Assembly: GCA_949296775.1 (NCBI GenBank)
Contig: CASFQA010000002.1
Location: forward strand, 179,991 to 243,990
Reading direction: 5' to 3'
Origin: an uncultured bacterium
Lineage (GTDB): Bacteria > Bacillota_I > Bacilli_A > RFN20 > CAG-826
DNA length: 64,000 nucleotides
Part shown: positions 37,074 to 46,158 of the stretch, in pieces
Position numbering within the stretch: the stretch's first letter is position 1
Layout of the letters: each line of letters opens with the position of its first letter
The notes under the pieces: generated by a model
Told to the model about the DNA's origin: nothing
Seen by the model: only the letters and a program-made list of their open reading frames with translations
Database searches by the model: none
Program-made: the position numbers and the translations under genes

Positions 37074-38103
37074 CGGCGACGCTTTTGGGCGAATATCGAA
37101 CTTTAAATTCGGCTTTTGCGTCGTTCTTTTCCAAATTTACGAGATTTTTCTGACTGTCGAGATGGTTTTTGAAGAAACTGTTTAGCCCGGTGGGGTCGCC
37201 AAGGGTCGGCTTTAAAATTGTGGCGTTTTTCATCTCCTCTTGGCTAATTTGCTCGCAGTAGGTCGAAACCACGTAATCGGATAGGCAAAAATACTCTAGC
37301 AGTTTCGAGGGAACGCAGTAGGGGTCAAGTCGGGGGTCTTTTGGCCGGGGATTGATAACTGCTTCCGCGCCCAGGATATAAGCGTAATTCTCCTCTTTGG
37401 GAATCTGCCCCAAGAAGACGATATCTGGGTCGCTATCTATTTCCTTTTCCATATCACCGTGGCCGGCGATCACTAAGTCGAGATTGGGGCGGAAAGCTTT
37501 GTAGGATTTGATTAAATCCCTAACCCCGTAGCGCTCGAACAAAGCCCCGGAGAAATATAGGTATGGAGGTCGGGAGATGGCGTGATTGTCTACAAGTTCA
37601 ACGCAGCCCTTTTCGATGACGTAGGGTTTCCCTTTCTTATTGAATAGATGGTTTAATTCAGTTGTCAACGCAAAATAGCCATCAGCTCTTTTGTTGGCTT
37701 TTCTGCAAAGGTAGCCATAAAACTTTCTGGCGTGCGAGATATTGATTGGATTATCGGTTAGTATAGCGACGCAAGGGGCTTTGATACTTTTGGCCGCCAA
37801 GGCGAATGGGAGGATTAGCGAATCGTAAATAACTACATCGAAGTTTTTTCGGTTGACGTAGGAGGCAAGTTGCTTAGCTTCAGCGAATAGCTTGTTTTGG
37901 CGGACTAAATAGATGAAGTTCAGATTGCTTGATATCCGTTTGGTTTGCGACTTGTTGGCGTAAGCGAAGGCCGTCACTTGGTCGGTTTTAGCGAGCCCGT
38001 GGATCAGGCTAAGGTGAAAGTTTTGGCCAGCCGGATTGGCCTGGGGGGTGAGGTGAAGAAAATCTTCCTGATCGAGAGCGACGCTTAAATACGCTATCCT
38101 CAT
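37036..38103 (-). CDS. Glycosyltransferase (GT4-like)
   Basis: YFSGALFERYGV, IAGHG, INPRP, PSKLLEY. Confidence 0.85.
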   Translation of the reverse strand: MRIAYLSVALDQEDFLHLTPQANPAGQNFHLSLIHGLAKTDQVTAFAYANKSQTKRISSNLNFIYLVRQNKLFAEAKQLASYVNRKNFDVVIYDSLILPFALAAKSIKAPCVAILTDNPINISHARKFYGYLCRKANKRADGYFALTTELNHLFNKKGKPYVIEKGCVELVDNHAISRPPYLYFSGALFERYGVRDLIKSYKAFRPNLDLVIAGHGDMEKEIDSDPDIVFLGQIPKEENYAYILGAEAVINPRPKDPRLDPYCVPSKLLEYFCLSDYVVSTYCEQISQEEMKNATILKPTLGDPTGLNSFFKNHLDSQKNLVNLEKNDAKAEFKVRYSPKSVAAKMKTLLLQLVR

Positions 38104-39200
38104 TGGCTTACCGCCTTCTGGAAATATTTCAAGAAAGCGGCCTCCTCTTTCTCTAGGGTGTTTTCTTTGGCGAGGCGGAGGCAGTCTTGACCCATGTTGA
38201 TGGTTTTTACCCCCTCGATGGCATCGAGGAACTCACTTTGGTTTTTATAATCGATCAGATAACCGGTTTCCCCGTCTTTGACCAACTTCTTGGCGGCGTT
38301 GCTTTGCTTTGACGAAATGACGGGGACGCCGCTTGCTAGCGCCTCGTTCACCACATGCCCGTATATATCTTCTTTCGTCGGGAACAAAAAGGCGTTTGCG
38401 GCCGAGAACAAACGGAGCTCCCGTTCTTTTCTTAAATAAGGAATAAGGCTTACGTTCGTCAGATTAAGCCGGGAGATGAGCTGAAGGTATTTTTCCTTTT
38501 CCTCCCCTTCCCCGGCGATGGCTAGCCGCGCGTTCTTTGGCATGCTGCCCCAGAGCTTTATCAGCCGGTCAAACCCTTTTCGTTTGATGAATTGGCCGGA
38601 GGAGACGTAAAGCTCGTCGCCAAGAAGGTTGAACTCCTCTTCCGCTATTCGCCGCTTTTCCGTTTTCGTCAACGGCTCTTTTAAGATTTCCGAATCGAAT
38701 ATCGTCGAATAGGGATAGAGGGTGATTTTGTCTTCCCTAGCTCCATAATGGACTAAATACGCGGCGGAGTTTTCGTCGGGGGCGAGGTAACCGGATGCTC
38801 CGCTTATGCATTTCTCCTTCCACTTTTTCTTTAGGGGGAACTCATGTTTTTTGACTATTCCCCCGTTGATGCAGAAATGGTAAGGAAGGTTTCTTTTCTT
38901 CAGATAATCGATCGTCCGCATCTCGGTTAAGGTGCTATAGCCGTTTATGACGATTAGGTCATAATGCTCGTCTTCTAGCATTTTGATCGGGGTGGTGGAG
39001 TAGTTTTGGTAAGCCGGGAACTTGATGCCGGTGCAAGTGATCGGCCGGAACGAAAGCGCCGGTCGATTATAAAATAGCTCGTTCCGCCCCTTTTCCGATA
39101 CCCGTTCAAAGCAGGCGGTGAGCTCGATGTGCTGGCCTAGCAAGTTAAACAGGTCGACCTTGTAGGGCGCCGGATGGTTAAACAGCCAAAAGACTTTCAT
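38100..39200 (-). CDS. Glycosyltransferase family 4
   Basis: NHPAPY, GQFIKRKG, EDIYGHVVNEALASGVPVI. Confidence 0.9.
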   Translation of the reverse strand: MKVFWLFNHPAPYKVDLFNLLGQHIELTACFERVSEKGRNELFYNRPALSFRPITCTGIKFPAYQNYSTTPIKMLEDEHYDLIVINGYSTLTEMRTIDYLKKRNLPYHFCINGGIVKKHEFPLKKKWKEKCISGASGYLAPDENSAAYLVHYGAREDKITLYPYSTIFDSEILKEPLTKTEKRRIAEEEFNLLGDELYVSSGQFIKRKGFDRLIKLWGSMPKNARLAIAGEGEEKEKYLQLISRLNLTNVSLIPYLRKERELRLFSAANAFLFPTKEDIYGHVVNEALASGVPVISSKQSNAAKKLVKDGETGYLIDYKNQSEFLDAIEGVKTINMGQDCLRLAKENTLEKEEAAFLKYFQKAVSQ

Positions 39201-39260
39201 GTCGATGATATTAAACTTCTTTTCCCTTTCGGCATAGAGAGGAAGTATCATCTACTCGTT

Positions 39261-39929
39261 ATGGACGGATCTTGGAACGATTTCTTCAACCGGGTTAAGG
39301 AAAAGGATTACGCGCGGACGCTGCATGCTTTTTTGAAGGAGGAGTATAGCCAGCGGATTTGCTATCCGCCGCGGGAAATGATGTTCCGCGCTTTCGAATT
39401 GACTCCAGCCAATAAAATAAAAGCCGTCATCGTCGGTCAGGACCCTTACTCCAACCCCCATCAGGCGATGGGGCTTTGCTTCTCGGTTCCTGAAGGAGTG
39501 CCTTTGCCTCCCTCTTTGGTGAATGTCTACACCGACTTGGAGGATGAACTCGGTATCAAAATGGATTTCAACTCCGGCGATTTGACCAATTGGGCTAAGC
39601 AAGGGGTGCTGCTCTTAAACGTTTATTTGAGCGTCGTGGCCCATACCCCCTTGTCCCACAAAAGAAAAGAATACGAAGAGTTCGCCGAGGACGTCTTCTC
39701 TTATCTCGATTCACTTCCGCAGCCGATCGTTTTCTTTCTTTGGGGGTCTTTCGCCGGCCGCTTCGCTAAGCTATTGCACAATCCGAACCATCTTGTTTTA
39801 CGGACCGGCCACCCTTCTCCTTTATCGGCCAACCGAGGCCTCTATTTTGGGTCCGACCAGTTCAAGAAGGCTGAGGCTTTCTGGAAAGAAAATAAAGTAG
39901 AGCCGATTCGTTGGTCTAACGTCGATTGA
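39261..39929 (+). CDS. ung: Uracil-DNA glycosylase
   Basis: GQDPY, AMGLCFSV, PPSL, QGVLLLN, LWG, HPSPLS. Confidence 0.96.
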   Translation: MDGSWNDFFNRVKEKDYARTLHAFLKEEYSQRICYPPREMMFRAFELTPANKIKAVIVGQDPYSNPHQAMGLCFSVPEGVPLPPSLVNVYTDLEDELGIKMDFNSGDLTNWAKQGVLLLNVYLSVVAHTPLSHKRKEYEEFAEDVFSYLDSLPQPIVFFLWGSFAGRFAKLLHNPNHLVLRTGHPSPLSANRGLYFGSDQFKKAEAFWKENKVEPIRWSNVD

Positions 39930-40002
39930 CGTTTTCGTCGCGAAATCTATACTCAATTTTCTCTGATAGAAGGGTCTAATCTGTCTAAAAATCGCCAAAT
40001 CG

Positions 40003-40093
40003 TCAGCAGATTATTTGTCATTTCAGCAGATTATTTGTCATTTCAGCAGATTATTTGTCATTTCAGCAGATTATTTGTAATTTCGGAAGATTA
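40003..40093 (+). repeat. 20-bp tandem repeat TCAGCAGATTATTTGTCATT, about 4.5 copies
   Basis: Three perfect copies (40003-40062), one copy with 1 mismatch, and a partial degenerate copy. Confidence 0.95.
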
Positions 40094-40447
40094 TCATCCA
40101 ACTTTTTTATTGACAAGGCATATTTGAGCACACCGGCTATTAAGATTCGAAGCCTCCTTGTTTTCGCTGATGCTCGTCCCTTCTTCCTTCGTTTTGATTA
40201 TTAGGTATGTTCCTCCAGCGCAAAAACCCCAAAATTCCGCCCCCGGAATTAATTATGGTGTATCTAGCACCAGGCTTTCCTATTCGTTGTTTTCAGCTTT
40301 GTTTAAGACACAAGCTTCAGCGTTTGGAATTGGTGCTGAATAATGGCAAAAAACCAAAGGGAAATTGTTTTATCCTCGTTGATCTTGAGAAAGTCCTCCG
40401 CCAAATAAGATAACTCTTTTTTGATATGCTTTTAGATGCCTCAACGC

Positions 40448-40475
40448 TTGACGGCGATTATGGGAAGTTTATGAT
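40448..40475 (+). promoter_or_regulatory. SigA-type promoter of the riboswitch-thiT transcript
   Basis: TTGACG-16 nt-TATGAT just before riboswitch P1. Confidence 0.6.
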
Positions 40476-40480
40476 TTTAC

Positions 40481-40571
40481 ATGTCCGGAGCTGACCAGAG
40501 TCGGCTGAGAGGAACCGTGCGCCGGTTCGACGGTAAACCTGATCCCGGTAATGCGGGCGGAGGTAAGACAT
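40481..40571 (+). promoter_or_regulatory. TPP riboswitch (THI box)
   Basis: P1 ATGTC/GACAT, GCTGAGA, ACCTGATCCCGGTAATGCGGGCGGAGG; SD-sequestering TTCCTCC/GGAGGAA hairpin at 40583-40609. Confidence 0.92.
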
Positions 40572-40615
40572 TTATAAATGTGTTCCTCCGGGTAGTTTCC
40601 AAGGAGGAATTTTTA

Positions 40616-41593
40616 ATGGAAAAAACCTGGTTGTTCATCAAGGGGCATCTAGCGCTGGTCATCGCGATTGCCGTTGGGCTGCTCTCCTACATCTGTTTCG
40701 GCGGGGCGGCCTTCTCTTATGAAGACGAAGCCGAGAATGAGGTGCTCCTGTCGTTCGTCGATACCATCAATGCCGTGCCGGCCAGTTATGGTTTCTTCGT
40801 CTATTTATCCCTTATCCTGCCGGGCGTGGGAATCGTTTTGCTGGGCTTAAGTTTGGTCCATCGTTATTTCGGGCTGGCTGGCATGGCGGTCCTTTTCGCT
40901 GATGCGATATTCGCTTTCTTTCTGCCGGATTTCTTGGAGTATGGCATCGGTTATGACTTGGGGTTTGAGTTCTTCGGCTCTTGGCTCCCCTCCGTTACTC
41001 TAGTCGCGGCTTGCTTTGCTTTGTTCACCGTCTCCAGTTCGGAAAAGATCGAGGTTGCCGACATGGCCGAAATGGGGATGCTGATCGGCATGGCGTTCAT
41101 CCTCAACCTATTCAAGCTCTTCACGATCGGGGCTGATGGGGGGTCCGTCAATCTGCAGATGATCCCTTTGTTCATCCTCGCTTTGCGTCGGGGACCGGTG
41201 AAGGGCTTCGTGGCCTGCGGCATCGTCTACGGTTTGCTTACCTGCCTAACCGATGGATATGGCTTCGCCACCTATCCTTTCGATTATCTTATCGGCTTTG
41301 GGTCGACTGCTTTGATTGGCTTCTTCCGTCCGCTGATATTCTCAAGCGAGCAGACCACATACAACCTCAAAGGCGAGGTATTTATTTTCTTAGCCGGTTT
41401 ATCCGCCACCATAATGCGGCTCGTCGGCTCGACCATCTCTTCGGTCGTGGTTTATGACTACACTTTGGCCGCCGGGCTTATCTATAACTTGACCTATATT
41501 CCCTTAAGCGGCCTGTTCGGCATCATCGTTTTGATGGCGATCTATGGGCCGATGATCAAAATCGAGAAAATGTTTCCGGTCAACCGGAAGTAG
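40616..41593 (+). CDS. thiT: ECF S-component thiamine transporter ThiT with an extra N-terminal membrane domain
   Basis: MAEMGMLIGMA, GGSVNLQMIPL, RRGPVKG, DYLIGF, YNLTY; downstream of a TPP riboswitch. Confidence 0.85.
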   Translation: MEKTWLFIKGHLALVIAIAVGLLSYICFGGAAFSYEDEAENEVLLSFVDTINAVPASYGFFVYLSLILPGVGIVLLGLSLVHRYFGLAGMAVLFADAIFAFFLPDFLEYGIGYDLGFEFFGSWLPSVTLVAACFALFTVSSSEKIEVADMAEMGMLIGMAFILNLFKLFTIGADGGSVNLQMIPLFILALRRGPVKGFVACGIVYGLLTCLTDGYGFATYPFDYLIGFGSTALIGFFRPLIFSSEQTTYNLKGEVFIFLAGLSATIMRLVGSTISSVVVYDYTLAAGLIYNLTYIPLSGLFGIIVLMAIYGPMIKIEKMFPVNRK

Positions 41594-41699
41594 GTTTCCC
41601 GAAGCGTTTTTGCCTTTTTCCTCCCATCCGAATTATTTTTAAGGTGACTTTTCTTTCGCGCGTGTTATATTCCTATCGCCTAATTTGAAGGATTGATCC

Positions 41700-42941
41700 A
41701 TGGAAGAAGAAATTAAGAACGAAAACCCCGAGACCGAAGAAGAGGCGGCGCCGGTCGCTTCTTCGGAAGAACCGATCGAGGAGCCGAAAGAAGACACGGA
41801 AATAGGGGAAGCGCCGGTCGATAATCAACCCGTCCTGAGCGATGACGCCTTTGACGAGGACGGCTTCACCGATGCCCCTAAGCCGGTGGTGGAGCAACCG
41901 AAGATCGAAGAGAAGAAAGATGACTCCGACGAAGTGGCGGTCAACCCCCATAAAGTCAAAGAGGAAGACGAAAAAGACGAGTTGGTCAAACCGAGCGAAA
42001 GAGATGCGAACGGCAACATCGCCTATTCGGATGAACGTTTCAAAACCATCGAGAAAGCCAGGAAGAAACACCTTAAGCTCGTCAAACGGCTCTCCTATAT
42101 CAAAGTCGCCATTACCTTAGGCGGCTTAGCCTTGGTTTTATGCGGCTGGTTGATTCCGGCCAATACGATGGAGGAGCCGGGCCGGATTCCGGTTTACATC
42201 GGCCTTGCTTTGGCGATTTTGACCGTCGTCGGCATCTGCGTCTATGGCATTCTGTCGAAGAAAAAACAGGTCGCTTCAACCGAGGAATACCTCTCTTCTT
42301 ATTTCAAGGAATGCGACGATTTCATATTCGAAGGTTTGCCGATTAGCGACGTCCAAGGCGGGATGAAGGACAAAATCACCGACGAGGAATTCAACGCCTC
42401 CGAGCTTTATGGCCCTTGCTCCAAGCACGACGAGGTATCCAATATCGGCTCGCGGGATTCCCTGACTTTCGATTATGACGGTATGAAGTGCGGACTCGCC
42501 GACGTCGGGGCCGAAGCCCGGACTCCTAAAGGATTCCTTACCGTCTTCATCGGGAAATACCTCCGGACCGAAAACCATCTGCAAGTCGACGAAGGCGGGC
42601 TTTACGTTTATATCAAAGGCGGCCCCCGGTCGACTCCGCCGTCCTTCCTCTTCAATAAGGACATGCTGCCCCTTGAGGACACCAAGAAGTATTGCGTCTT
42701 CGGGGAGAAGAGCAACAAAAAGCTCCTTACCAAGGAATTCCGGCAAGCCATCAAGAGCATCCATACCGATAACTTGCTGATCGACCTCGCCATTTCCTTT
42801 AAGTCCGGCAAGACTTACTGGGCTTTAGGCTATGAGGATACCCTGATGGTGGCCCCGGTCGATAAACCGTTCGACCCGATTTACCTGACCAAGTTCAAAG
42901 AGCAGCTCCATTCGATTCTCGAATTGGCAAAAACGCTTTAA
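41700..42941 (+). CDS. Hypothetical membrane protein (acidic disordered N-terminus, 2 TMs, soluble C-terminal domain)
   Basis: 413-aa ORF with SD and terminator. Confidence 0.78.
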   Translation: MEEEIKNENPETEEEAAPVASSEEPIEEPKEDTEIGEAPVDNQPVLSDDAFDEDGFTDAPKPVVEQPKIEEKKDDSDEVAVNPHKVKEEDEKDELVKPSERDANGNIAYSDERFKTIEKARKKHLKLVKRLSYIKVAITLGGLALVLCGWLIPANTMEEPGRIPVYIGLALAILTVVGICVYGILSKKKQVASTEEYLSSYFKECDDFIFEGLPISDVQGGMKDKITDEEFNASELYGPCSKHDEVSNIGSRDSLTFDYDGMKCGLADVGAEARTPKGFLTVFIGKYLRTENHLQVDEGGLYVYIKGGPRSTPPSFLFNKDMLPLEDTKKYCVFGEKSNKKLLTKEFRQAIKSIHTDNLLIDLAISFKSGKTYWALGYEDTLMVAPVDKPFDPIYLTKFKEQLHSILELAKTL

Positions 42942-42943
42942 AT

Positions 42944-42971
42944 AACCGCCTTCTGCGCGGTTTTTTCTTTT
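42944..42971 (+). terminator. Intrinsic terminator
   Basis: Stem AACCGC/GCGGTT plus T tract. Confidence 0.7.
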
Positions 42972-43051
42972 ATACATGCGCTTCCCACTTTAACTTAAAG
43001 CCTAAGGCTTTATAATTGCCTCGATGGGTGAAAGGCCCGGCCTTAGTCGTT

Positions 43052-43642
43052 ATGAATGATCAACAGTCTCGTCTCGCGCGCTGGATCAAAGTCCAGGCGT
43101 ATAAGCACGATGGGAAACTCCATCGGCAATGGTCTCCGGCGTATTTGGTTTCGGAGACGGAAGATTATTATGCCTTGGCGTCGAAAGCCTCCTGCGTTAC
43201 CGAGGCCGATGGCCGGCGTTGGATCACCAAGGAGCACGCCGTCTTCCTGCTTTTCAAAAAACGGTGGATGAACGTCATCGCGATGTTCAAGCCGGAATCC
43301 GGCATTTGCTATTACGTCAACATCGCCTCCCCGACCATCCAAGACAAAGGGATGCTCAAATACATCGATTACGACCTCGACGTCAAGCTTTACCCCGACG
43401 GGGCCGAAAGGACCCTTGACGAAAACGAATACGCCCGGCACGTCTTGACTTACGGGTATTCGCCGGAGCTATCGAGGGCGATCGAAAAATCGGTGAAAGA
43501 GGTCCATCAAATGATGTCCGACCATGTCTTCCCCTTCGTCGAGGAGGATATCGAAGCCCTTTACGACCTCTTCCTCGCCTCAACCAAACCTTTCATCAAG
43601 AAGGAGCACGCTTATGGAAAAAACGATCGTAAGCCACGCTAA
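43052..43642 (+). CDS. DUF402 family protein (nucleoside tri/diphosphate phosphatase-like)
   Basis: QAYKHDGKLHRQW, YYVNIASP, YIDYDLDVK, LDENEY. Confidence 0.88.
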   Translation: MNDQQSRLARWIKVQAYKHDGKLHRQWSPAYLVSETEDYYALASKASCVTEADGRRWITKEHAVFLLFKKRWMNVIAMFKPESGICYYVNIASPTIQDKGMLKYIDYDLDVKLYPDGAERTLDENEYARHVLTYGYSPELSRAIEKSVKEVHQMMSDHVFPFVEEDIEALYDLFLASTKPFIKKEHAYGKNDRKPR

Positions 43643-44069
43643 GGAGGAGACCATCGCCATCGGGGTCCTTTTGGCTAAATTGCTCCGACCCCAGGACGTC
43701 GTTCTTTTAACCGGCGATTTAGGGGCCGGGAAAACGACTTTGGTCGCCGGGGTCGCCAAAGGATTATCGATCGAAGAAGCGGTCCTCTCGCCGACTTTCA
43801 ACATCATGAAGTGCTATTTCGATGGGCGCATCCCTTTATACCACATCGATGCCTACCGGCTGGAAGGGCAGAACATCGAAATCGGCTTGGATGAATACAT
43901 CGAAGGCGACGGGGCCTGTTTCATCGAATGGCCGGCTTACATCGCTCCGCTTATCCCGGACGAGCATTTGGACATCGAGATAAAGAACCTTGGCGGCGAG
44001 GACCGCTCCATCACCTTTAAATCCAACACCCCGCGTTACGACATGATCATCGAAGAGGTAGGCCGATGA
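43614..44069 (+). CDS. tsaE: t6A biosynthesis ATPase TsaE
   Basis: GDLGAGKTT, SPTF, HIDAYRL, IEW. Confidence 0.95.
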   Translation: MEKTIVSHAKEETIAIGVLLAKLLRPQDVVLLTGDLGAGKTTLVAGVAKGLSIEEAVLSPTFNIMKCYFDGRIPLYHIDAYRLEGQNIEIGLDEYIEGDGACFIEWPAYIAPLIPDEHLDIEIKNLGGEDRSITFKSNTPRYDMIIEEVGR

Positions 44070-45118
44070 TTTCTTTATCGCTCGACACTTCGGAAAAGAA
44101 CCTTTCCATCGGTTTGGATATTGACGGCTCGGTTTTCACCCTGACCGAGCCGGCGTTTTTGCGGCAAAGCGAGATTTTGGTCGAAAGAATCGACGAAACG
44201 CTGAAATGCCATCGGGTGTCCCCGCTCGAGATCGAGCGGATCATCGTGACCAATGGCCCCGGTTCTTATACGGGGGTCAGGATCGCTTTGACGGTGGCTA
44301 AAGTCATGGCTTTGGCCTCGGGCGCCAAGCTATATTTAGCCTCCTCGTTAGAAGGCTTATGCCCGGCGAAAGGGCGTTGGCTTTGTTTGGATAACGCCCG
44401 GGGCAAACGGTCGTATATGGGCGTTTACGCGGATGGCGAATGCTTGCTGAAAGACTGCATCAAAGACAATTCCGAGGTTGCGGCCTATATAAACGATCAC
44501 CCCGATTTGACCCCAATCGGCGATTTGGCGTATTTGGGTTTGCCATCCCCGGAAATCGATGTCGCCAAAAACCTTTTATCCCGTCTTGATGATGCTCATC
44601 TTTGTCATGAGCCCCTTTCGGCGCGGCCGGTTTACCTAAAGGACGATTACGAAGCCGGGAGCTTCAAAATCACCGTTCGGAAAACCCTGCCCAGCGATTT
44701 GGACGCCATCATGGACATCGAAGCCGAATCCTTCCTTCACCCTTACACTAGGGAGCAGATGCTCTCGGAATTGACCCAGAACCCCTGCGCCCACGTCTAC
44801 TCGGCCTTAGTCGACGCCGAAGTGGTGGGGTTCATCGATTTCATGATTACCTTCAATTCGGCGACGATCTCGCAAATCGCGGTTAGGAAAGACATGCGGA
44901 GCAAGGGGATCGGCAATCGGCTTATCGGCCAAATGATCAAGGATTGCGAAGCCCAATCCGATCCGGTGGAATACATTACCCTTGAGGTGCGGCAAAGCAA
45001 TGAAAAGGCGCAGAAGTTCTATAAACGTCATAAATTTGAGCCCATCCTCGTCAAAAAGGGCTATTACGATGACGGCGAGGACGCGGTGTATATGGTAAGG
45101 AGCATCGTTCATGGCTAA
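44066..45118 (+). CDS. tsaB: TsaB-RimI fusion protein
   Basis: N-terminal LDTS..GPGSYTGVRI..DNAR; C-terminal GNAT IAVR..RSKGIG..LEVRQSN..FY..KGYY..GEDA. Confidence 0.9.
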   Translation: MISLSLDTSEKNLSIGLDIDGSVFTLTEPAFLRQSEILVERIDETLKCHRVSPLEIERIIVTNGPGSYTGVRIALTVAKVMALASGAKLYLASSLEGLCPAKGRWLCLDNARGKRSYMGVYADGECLLKDCIKDNSEVAAYINDHPDLTPIGDLAYLGLPSPEIDVAKNLLSRLDDAHLCHEPLSARPVYLKDDYEAGSFKITVRKTLPSDLDAIMDIEAESFLHPYTREQMLSELTQNPCAHVYSALVDAEVVGFIDFMITFNSATISQIAVRKDMRSKGIGNRLIGQMIKDCEAQSDPVEYITLEVRQSNEKAQKFYKRHKFEPILVKKGYYDDGEDAVYMVRSIVHG

Positions 45119-46142
45119 GATATTGGCAATCGAATCGAGCTGCGACGAAACCGCGGTGGCCATCACCGATGACGGGAAGCTTTTGTCCTCGGTCGTCGCC
45201 ACTCAGATATCGGTGCATGAGAAATACGGCGGGGTCATGCCGGAAATTGCCTCGAGGTTACACTGCGAGAATATCGGCGTTTGCTTGAAGCAAGCCCTGG
45301 ATGAGGCAGGCTTGGGCTACCAAGACCTCGACGCCATCGCCGTTACTCGGGGGCCGGGTTTGATCGGCTGCCTTCATGTGGGGTTACAGGCCGCCAAAAC
45401 CTTGGCCATGATGTATAGCCTCCCCCTTATACCGGTCCATCATTTGGCCGGCCACATTTACGCGAACGAATATGTCGGGGAACTGAAGTTCCCGCTTCTA
45501 TGCGTCGTCGTTTCCGGCGGCAACACCGAATTGGTCTATATGAAGGAATCGATGGATTTCCGGATCATCGGCGAGACCAAAGACGATGCGGTCGGGGAAT
45601 GTTATGACAAAGTCGCCCGGGTCTTGGGCTTGCCTTACCCCGGTGGGGTGCCGATCGATAAGCATGCCAAAAACGGGACCCATGCCTATCACCTCCCTTC
45701 CCCCTCCTCGCCCGCTGGCCCGTATGACTTCTCCTATTCGGGCTTAAAGACCTCGGTCATAAACTTAGTCAATTCAATGAAGATGAAAGGGGAGAAGGTC
45801 AATATCGACGATATGGCCAAATCCTTCCAAGACGTCGCCATCGGGATGATCATCGACCGAACGAAGAAGGCGGTGCGCGATTTCCCGGTGAAGCAAGTCG
45901 TCTTAGCCGGCGGCGTCAGCGCCAATTCCTATCTTCGGGAACAGATGGCCCGGTTGTTCGAGGATAGCGATATCGACTTGTTGATCCCGCCGTTATGGTG
46001 CACGACCGACAACGCCGCCATGATCGCCAAAGTGGCCGAGCACTTATACCGGATGAAAGTGTTCGCCCCCTTGACCTTGGGGGTCGACCCGAACTGGAAA
46101 ATCGACCATTACAAGGAATTTTCTTCCACTTATTCTAAGTAA
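45111..46142 (+). CDS. tsaD: t6A transferase TsaD
   Basis: ILAIESSCDET, HHLAGH, VSGGNT, DDAVGECYDK, GGVSAN, TDNAAMI. Confidence 0.97.
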   Translation: MAKILAIESSCDETAVAITDDGKLLSSVVATQISVHEKYGGVMPEIASRLHCENIGVCLKQALDEAGLGYQDLDAIAVTRGPGLIGCLHVGLQAAKTLAMMYSLPLIPVHHLAGHIYANEYVGELKFPLLCVVVSGGNTELVYMKESMDFRIIGETKDDAVGECYDKVARVLGLPYPGGVPIDKHAKNGTHAYHLPSPSSPAGPYDFSYSGLKTSVINLVNSMKMKGEKVNIDDMAKSFQDVAIGMIIDRTKKAVRDFPVKQVVLAGGVSANSYLREQMARLFEDSDIDLLIPPLWCTTDNAAMIAKVAEHLYRMKVFAPLTLGVDPNWKIDHYKEFSSTYSK

Positions 46143-46158
46143 AGGATAAATTACCACT

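Noticed and set aside
39174-39260. Overlapping long starts for ung and the GT4
   Set aside because: Family N-termini and -10 boxes favour ATG 39261 (+) and ATG 39200 (-)
40003-40093. CRISPR array
   Set aside because: Units are contiguous with no unique spacers, and there are no cas genes in the window
40481-40615. N-terminal extension of thiT in the ORF track
   Set aside because: It is the TPP riboswitch; the SD-supported start is 40616
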